A stretch of DNA of 64,000 bases from Alphaproteobacteria bacterium (lineage in GTDB: Bacteria > Pseudomonadota > Alphaproteobacteria > Rs-D84): contig JAFZZS010000002.1 of the NCBI GenBank assembly GCA_017615655.1, positions 3,114 through 67,113 of the forward strand. The letters are read 5' to 3'. A program made the position numbers and the translations under genes. Below, piece by piece: positions 58,713-64,000 of this stretch (positions are counted from its first letter, which is position 1; each line of letters begins with the position of its first letter). Below the pieces are notes generated by a model. That model ran no database searches, was not told the DNA's origin, and saw only the letters and a list, made by a program, of their open reading frames with translations.

Positions 58713-59626
58713 TAATTTTTACCTATGTAATTAGTAACAGTGCTTATGTACGTAGATATAGCATCAAATAATTCTTTGTCAAAGTCTTTTGGTTGTGTGT
58801 TTTGATTTTCTGACATAAACTTCTTGAATTGTTGTAAATCACTAAATGTAGATATAAGTTCATGTCTAGTTGTACCAGTTGGTGCAATTAAACAGCCACG
58901 TAAATGAATGTCGTCTGCACTATCCCCAAGGGTTTCTTCAAAAAGAGTTACAAGGGTTTGAAATGCATCGACTACATCGGTTACACTTGCACTTGATGCC
59001 CCAATCCACAGTGTCTGATCATAACCAAGCGCAACGATTGGATTGTTCAACTTTCCAATGTGTTTACATGGTTTCATTATATATCCTGCAGATTCAAATA
59101 TTCGGTTCATTTCCATTGCAAATGGACTGTGATTATTATTTGATTTTGTTGGTGCCATCCCAGTAGGTTGTGCAGAAAGTGATGGTTGGGTATTTAATTG
59201 TTGTGTTGGTGGTGAAAATCTTTTCTGTTTAGTTGCAACCCGATTTAGCGCAGGTGATAATGGACGGGCTTGGGCAGATGGGGGGGGCCCATAGCTACTT
59301 AATACAGTCGGCTGTGTTGTAGCAGGCTGTTGTGGTTCAATAACCTGAGGCTGAGGTTTTGGCTGAACAAGAAATGGAATTTTACGAAAACGCGGTCTGA
59401 CAATCAGGTAGAGCCCGGTCAGTGCCAATATAATAGCAACTACAAGTGAAACATAGAATTCTGGTTTTATATTTGTACGCGTGGCTTGAAGTTCTGAAAG
59501 ATATTCCCAATGTGCCGCGGAAAATATATCAAATCCATACCGCATATTCATCCAAAAGGTTGCTGCAAGCGCAACCGTCATCAACCACAATATACCAAGT
59601 AAAATTTTATCGAAATTTCTTTTCAT
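58712..59626 (-). CDS. Hypothetical bitopic membrane protein: 2 TM helices, Pro/Gln-rich linker, C-terminal ~130-aa Cys-containing globular domain
   Basis: TM segments ILLGILWLMTVALAATFWM and FYVSLVVAIILALTGLYLIV. Linker QPKPQPQVIEPQQPATTQPTVL...PPPSAQARPLSP...QPSLSAQPTGMAP. 304 aa, first gene of the cassette. Confidence 0.5.
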   Translation of the reverse strand: MKRNFDKILLGILWLMTVALAATFWMNMRYGFDIFSAAHWEYLSELQATRTNIKPEFYVSLVVAIILALTGLYLIVRPRFRKIPFLVQPKPQPQVIEPQQPATTQPTVLSSYGPPPSAQARPLSPALNRVATKQKRFSPPTQQLNTQPSLSAQPTGMAPTKSNNNHSPFAMEMNRIFESAGYIMKPCKHIGKLNNPIVALGYDQTLWIGASSASVTDVVDAFQTLVTLFEETLGDSADDIHLRGCLIAPTGTTRHELISTFSDLQQFKKFMSENQNTQPKDFDKELFDAISTYISTVTNYIGKN

Positions 59627-59669
59627 TTTACTTAAATTATATCACATTTATGATAAAGTAGAAAGTGTT

Positions 59670-60356
59670 ATGATAAAAACAGATGCCATTTTTGATGTGA
59701 TAGATGAATTTTCGTGCATATGGGTTCCGACTAGTGTCGAAGCCCCCGATCTTGCAAAAATATCAAACATTGTTATTGTGCAGAATAAAGAATTTTTGTC
59801 ATTACCAATTGGGGCAATAGGTCGGGTATGGCCGTGGCTGGAACATAGTAAAGTAAAATTATTAACACGTCTGGAATTTGATTTTAAAAATGATACTACA
59901 CCAGATATGGCGATGTCTGAATTAGCAACGAAGACAACAGAAGCTTTTAGACATGGGGCGTCAGGGGCGCAAATTTTTGTTCACATTAATAATATTCCAG
60001 AATTTGTAAAAATGATTTTACCGTTGCGGGACGATTTGTTTTTTGAACGGTATCTTTCTGTGGCGATAAATATTGATGAAATTAAAAACGGTAATGTAAA
60101 AGACGTCTTGGAATTGCTTGCAAAAATCAAACCCGATTCTGTTTTAGTAATTGCAGATGGCGATTCGTTTGACCCGAAGTCTGATTTTGTAGGGCGAATT
60201 TTCGGTATGCTTGAAAATTGGGGATGGGACTTTGCATTACATATTATGTTCGGTGGCAATATGATGCGTGTAAGTCAGGTTTTACGTCTTGTACAAAGAA
60301 TGCAACCTAAATTAATATCTGATTTGCGGGTCTTTATCATTCCACCCCAAGAATAA
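59670..60356 (+). CDS. Hypothetical protein (228 aa), divergent from the 4-gene cassette
   Basis: ORF with reasonable codon usage and no recognisable family. 20-nt convergent overlap with the trmB 3' end. Confidence 0.4.
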   Translation: MIKTDAIFDVIDEFSCIWVPTSVEAPDLAKISNIVIVQNKEFLSLPIGAIGRVWPWLEHSKVKLLTRLEFDFKNDTTPDMAMSELATKTTEAFRHGASGAQIFVHINNIPEFVKMILPLRDDLFFERYLSVAINIDEIKNGNVKDVLELLAKIKPDSVLVIADGDSFDPKSDFVGRIFGMLENWGWDFALHIMFGGNMMRVSQVLRLVQRMQPKLISDLRVFIIPPQE

Positions 60357-60966
60357 TGTATTTGACCTCTGTGGTATGTGCCATATTTTTTTGTTGGTAA
60401 CGTGTTTTAATTGTGTCGTGCGTTGAATTACAGACTTTAAGTTTTGTCCTTTTTACTTGTTCCAAAATCCAATCGTAATATTCCCAATGGTCTGTGCCAA
60501 TGATAATTCTGCCATCAGGTGCAAGATTTTGTCCTAGTAATGTTAAAAACTTGGCATTAAGTAGTCTGCGTTTTTCATGACGCGCCTTGGGCCATGGGTC
60601 AGGATGCAGTACCCAAATTGTATCAAATTGAAATTTTGCTTTATCAAACAGCAGACGAACATCATCCGGCCAAATACGCAAATTTTTGTATTCTGGCGTT
60701 ATGGTTTCGTTTTCATCACAAATCGCCGAGAGCAGGGCGGCAACCCCATTTACAAATGGTTCGGCACCGACAATAATTTTATCTGAATTAACAATCGCCA
60801 AGTCCCGCATATGTTCACCAGCACCAAAGCCGATTTCTAAAATACTGTTTTTTTCGTCAGCATTTGGCGCAATCTTGGGCAGTACGGTTTCAATCAGCCG
60901 TTCTTTACGGGCGGATAATTTTTTGCCGTGACGGCGACCAAATGTTCTTATTTCTTGTTTTTCCAT
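60337..60966 (-). CDS. trmB: tRNA (guanine46-N7)-methyltransferase
   Basis: SAM-binding EIGFGAGEH motif, TrmB family; 209 aa. Confidence 0.85.
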   Translation of the reverse strand: MEKQEIRTFGRRHGKKLSARKERLIETVLPKIAPNADEKNSILEIGFGAGEHMRDLAIVNSDKIIVGAEPFVNGVAALLSAICDENETITPEYKNLRIWPDDVRLLFDKAKFQFDTIWVLHPDPWPKARHEKRRLLNAKFLTLLGQNLAPDGRIIIGTDHWEYYDWILEQVKRTKLKVCNSTHDTIKTRYQQKNMAHTTEVKYIILGVE

Positions 60967-61005
60967 ATATTTAGTATAAAATGCAAATATTGAAAATACA
61001 AGGAT

Positions 61006-62586
61006 TTGATAATGAGAACAGGTTTAAGTGAAGATTTAATTGCGCGTGTTTTGGGCGGTGCACCAAAGTATACTTTGGCAGAACTTGAGGAAAAATTTCC
61101 ATTGCGTGTATTACCCGATGGGGCTCTGGTAACCCGATTCGCACCAAGTCCAACCGGTTTTATGCATATTGGAAATCTTTATGGGGCGTTGATTGATTAT
61201 AAATTAGCGCGTCAATCGGGTGGTGTGTTTATGTTACGCATCGAAGATACTGATACAAAACGTGAAGTTTCTGGGGCGGTTGAGATAGTCAAAAATGCGA
61301 TGCAAAGTTTCGGCTTAGAGTATAATAATGATGAACAATATGGTCCGTATTATCAATCGCAACGCAGGGAAATATACCATTCTGTGGCGGCGGAATTATT
61401 AAGAACAGGGCATGCATATCCATGCTTTTTAACGGCACAAGATATGGAAAAAATTCGCGCGGAACAATCGTCTGCGGGGTTTGCAACGGGTATCTATGGC
61501 GAATTTGCACGTGATCGTGATATAACCGAAGAAGACATTATAAAGCATCTTGATAATGGCGAGATACCGTCTATTCGGCTGTATTCAACTGGTGACCCAG
61601 CAAAAAGAATTTTCTGTAAAGATGCTGTTCGTGGGTCAATTGGATTTCCAGAAAATAATGAAGACATTGTCTTAGTAAAATCAAATGATGGATTACCAAC
61701 ATACCATTTCGCGCATTTATGTGATGACCACTTTATGCGTACAACACATGTTGTTCGTGGTGAAGAATGGTTACCATCATTGCCATTACACTATCAATTG
61801 TTTCGCATGATGGAATGGACACCACCAATTTATATTCATACGGCAACGTTGGATAAAATAGATGCAGAAACAGGTAAGCAACGTAAAATGTCTAAACGTA
61901 AAGACCCAGAAAGTAATGTCGCATTTTTCTTGCAAGAAGGTTGGCCAACGGATGCGGTAATTGAATATTTAGGAAATATTTTGGCATCTGGGTACGAAGA
62001 AGCAAAATTAAAGGGTGCGGTAAAAAATTTCTGGGAATACGAAATGAAACCAAAAAAGATACCAATGTCGGGTGGTTTGTTCGATATGAAGAAATTAGAG
62101 TGGTGGTCGAAAGAATACATTGGTGCAATGTCTGTTCCTGATTTAGTAAAAAGTGTTATCGATTGGGCAAATGAATACGGTGATGAAAAACAAAAAATGC
62201 AGGTCGCAGATACCGATTATTTGACTGCGGTGCTTTCTATTGAACGCGACAATCCACGCCGTATACGTAAAGATTTTATTACATGGAAACAGACATTGGA
62301 AATAGAAGAATTTTTCTGGGATGAATTGTTTGTGGCGAACAAGGAATATAAATATAATACGGATGTATTGAACGCATTTTTAGAAACGTTTAATATTGCT
62401 GATGATAAAGATGTGTGGTGGAATAAAATAGTTGCGATTGCCGAAAAATTCGGCGTTAAAAATGGTGATGTTGCGATGAATTTGCGAGTCGCACTTTCAG
62501 GGCGCATGAATACGCCGGACCTTTATTCTATTATGCAGGTTATGGGCGAAGGACGGGTTAAGGAGAGAATAAAGAATGCAATTTAA
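61006..62586 (+). CDS. gltX: Glutamate--tRNA ligase (long form with extended C-terminal domain)
   Basis: Class I HIGH motif (PTGFMHIGN) and KMSKS (KMSKR); 526 aa. Alternative start at 61012. Confidence 0.85.
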   Translation: MIMRTGLSEDLIARVLGGAPKYTLAELEEKFPLRVLPDGALVTRFAPSPTGFMHIGNLYGALIDYKLARQSGGVFMLRIEDTDTKREVSGAVEIVKNAMQSFGLEYNNDEQYGPYYQSQRREIYHSVAAELLRTGHAYPCFLTAQDMEKIRAEQSSAGFATGIYGEFARDRDITEEDIIKHLDNGEIPSIRLYSTGDPAKRIFCKDAVRGSIGFPENNEDIVLVKSNDGLPTYHFAHLCDDHFMRTTHVVRGEEWLPSLPLHYQLFRMMEWTPPIYIHTATLDKIDAETGKQRKMSKRKDPESNVAFFLQEGWPTDAVIEYLGNILASGYEEAKLKGAVKNFWEYEMKPKKIPMSGGLFDMKKLEWWSKEYIGAMSVPDLVKSVIDWANEYGDEKQKMQVADTDYLTAVLSIERDNPRRIRKDFITWKQTLEIEEFFWDELFVANKEYKYNTDVLNAFLETFNIADDKDVWWNKIVAIAEKFGVKNGDVAMNLRVALSGRMNTPDLYSIMQVMGEGRVKERIKNAI

Positions 62587-63331
62587 ACCAAATCTTAATT
62601 TATTGAATGAATGGCGCGATGCCGAACATGCGGTAAATTTTGCTAGTAATACCGCATTTATTTCTGTGTTTAAACGTGATAACAAAACACTGGTATATAT
62701 GTGCGACCGACACAAATTAAACATATCTTTTAATATGGTTGATATGTGTTTTGCTGATGATTTCGGTGTAAAGCCAGATGTTTTATTGACCGAAATGGAA
62801 AATGATGGTTTTAAATGGAAATTAAATTGGCATGGGTTGCAGGATAATACGCTTGCCTATGCGGCGGCTGTGGCGGCAAAGAGAAATTTACCGATTGTAT
62901 TCGCAGATTTATCAGATGATCAAATGGTTAAAGTCATAAATCGTGGATTTCTAGATAATAAAATTACAGTTGCAGATTTAGGTAGAGTTCTTGGAAAATC
63001 GGGTGGGCCAGATTCCCATGGAAATCTAGATCAGCAAATGTTGGCGTATTTAGATAGGTTTGGACGCAATCCATTTATGTTACAAAATATTGCCGCAGCA
63101 TTGAATAAATATGATACAGTATTTTGTATATTTGGCATAGGACATTATGAATGCCAACGAAGTGCATTGGAAGATATGTTGGGCAAACCAGAGTATATAA
63201 CACAAATCAAAAATATGCGTGGCGATTTTTCTAATTTAAATATAACACCAATGAAATTGTATGATTTTGAACAGCCAAATACTATGGGGGTAATTATAAA
63301 TGACAAAAACAAGACGTTTGGTTCGCGCTAA
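62576..63331 (+). CDS. Hypothetical protein (251 aa), translationally coupled to gltX
   Basis: 11-nt overlap with the gltX 3' end; no recognisable family. Confidence 0.4.
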   Translation: MQFKPNLNLLNEWRDAEHAVNFASNTAFISVFKRDNKTLVYMCDRHKLNISFNMVDMCFADDFGVKPDVLLTEMENDGFKWKLNWHGLQDNTLAYAAAVAAKRNLPIVFADLSDDQMVKVINRGFLDNKITVADLGRVLGKSGGPDSHGNLDQQMLAYLDRFGRNPFMLQNIAAALNKYDTVFCIFGIGHYECQRSALEDMLGKPEYITQIKNMRGDFSNLNITPMKLYDFEQPNTMGVIINDKNKTFGSR

Positions 63332-63377
63332 ATTAAAAAAAGTACGGCATGATAAGCATGCATCGCGTTTGTTGCGT

Positions 63378-64000
63378 ATGTTGCGGGCAACTGGGCTTTT
63401 TCGATGGGAACGCCCATCGACTCGTGCCGAAGAAGTTATGAATATTTTAACACATGGTATTGGTATTGGGCTTGCTTTGGCTGGGTTGTCAATGCTCGTC
63501 GCGTTTGCAGCAATTTATGGAAATGCATGGTCGATTGTGTCATGTGCTATTTTTGGGGTAACAATGTTCACATTGTATTTTGGTTCAACAATGTGTCATG
63601 CAACAATTGGTCAGAAAAGTGAGTGTTTTTTCGAGGTTTGGGACAGTGTCGCCATCTATGCATTGATTGCCGGTACATACACGCCGTTTTTGTTAGTGAA
63701 TTTACGTGGTGGTTTGGGGTGGACTATCTTTGGCATCTTGTGGGCAATTGTTATTTTTGGTGCCGTTGTTAAAATTCGTAACCCCCATCAGCAACCTAAA
63801 TGGGTGGTTGCGCTTTATTTAATAATGGGATGGACCTTGTTGTTTATACTGCCGGCAATGATACGCCATATTCCGCCGCGTGGGTTGTGGTTTATTTTAG
63901 CGGGTGGTTTGTCATATAGTTTTGGAGTTATATTTTACCTGTGGCGCAGGTTAAAATTTTCGCATGCAATATGGCATTTGTTCGTGATTGGCGGAACTGT
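63378..64000 (+). CDS. Hemolysin-III/PAQR-family membrane protein, 3'-truncated by window edge
   Basis: A frame open to the window edge encodes ...EEVMNILTHGIGIGLALAGL...MCHATIG...HxxxH-type motifs across multiple TM helices. This is a different frame from the 63404-63622 track ORF. An alternative upstream start lies at 63300. Confidence 0.6.
   Translation, partial: MLRATGLFRWERPSTRAEEVMNILTHGIGIGLALAGLSMLVAFAAIYGNAWSIVSCAIFGVTMFTLYFGSTMCHATIGQKSECFFEVWDSVAIYALIAGTYTPFLLVNLRGGLGWTIFGILWAIVIFGAVVKIRNPHQQPKWVVALYLIMGWTLLFILPAMIRHIPPRGLWFILAGGLSYSFGVIFYLWRRLKFSHAIWHLFVIGGT

Noticed and set aside
63404-63622. 72-aa Trp/Cys-rich track ORF
   Set aside because: A different frame over the same bases encodes a convincing hemolysin-III/PAQR membrane protein that runs off the window. 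The track ORF is an out-of-frame artefact.
1-64000. Search for CRISPR arrays, IS elements, integrases or prophage genes
   Set aside because: No regularly spaced direct repeats, transposase, or phage structural or integrase genes were seen. xerD is the housekeeping dimer resolvase.

Overview
This window is a dense, low-GC, housekeeping-rich stretch of chromosome. It looks alphaproteobacterial: a GapR/DUF2312 homolog, an RHH_4 protein, a DUF721/DciA-like protein and an AddB-like nuclease are present. AT richness and the gene content suggest a Rickettsiales- or Holosporales-like lineage, but that is inference only. About 63 protein genes are encoded on both strands with very short intergenic gaps. 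I found no rRNA, tRNA, CRISPR array, transposase or phage integrase.

Recognisable genes include:
- Efflux: a 5'-truncated RND pump.
- Nucleotide and central metabolism: thyA, pyrG, pyk.
- Translation, tRNA and rRNA modification: def-fmt-truA, rsmI-engB, mnmE, typA, serS, trmB, gltX.
- Replication, repair and recombination: rmuC, comEC, xth, ruvA/yebC/ruvC, recA, mutL, xerD, ftsK, rarA.
- Envelope and secretion: mltA, secB, lptF/G-family permease, yajC-secD-secF, ybeY fused to lnt.
- Other: trxB, greA.

Two accessory regions stand out. The first is a six-gene glycosyltransferase island (30154-35560) wedged between recA and typA. The second is a tightly coupled four-gene minus-strand cassette of uncharacterised proteins (57557-59626). 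That cassette encodes a 2-TM membrane protein with a Pro/Gln-rich linker, a 167-aa unknown, a protein with SUKH-1 (SMI1/KNR4) immunity-like motifs, and an RHH_4 ribbon-helix-helix protein. I consider it the best candidate for an undescribed toxin-immunity-like or envelope-associated system.

Other oddities:
- an in-frame ybeY-lnt fusion;
- a Cys-rich 111-aa protein embedded in the def-fmt-truA operon;
- a small Cys-rich membrane peptide cotranscribed with an lpoA-like lipoprotein;
- tandem paralogous N/Y/G-rich outer-membrane beta-barrels;
- a probable catalytically degenerate S41 peptidase;
- an AddB-like nuclease with no adjacent AddA;
- a ComEC lacking a recognisable metallo-beta-lactamase domain.

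Several clean, symmetric rho-independent terminators sit between convergent genes.
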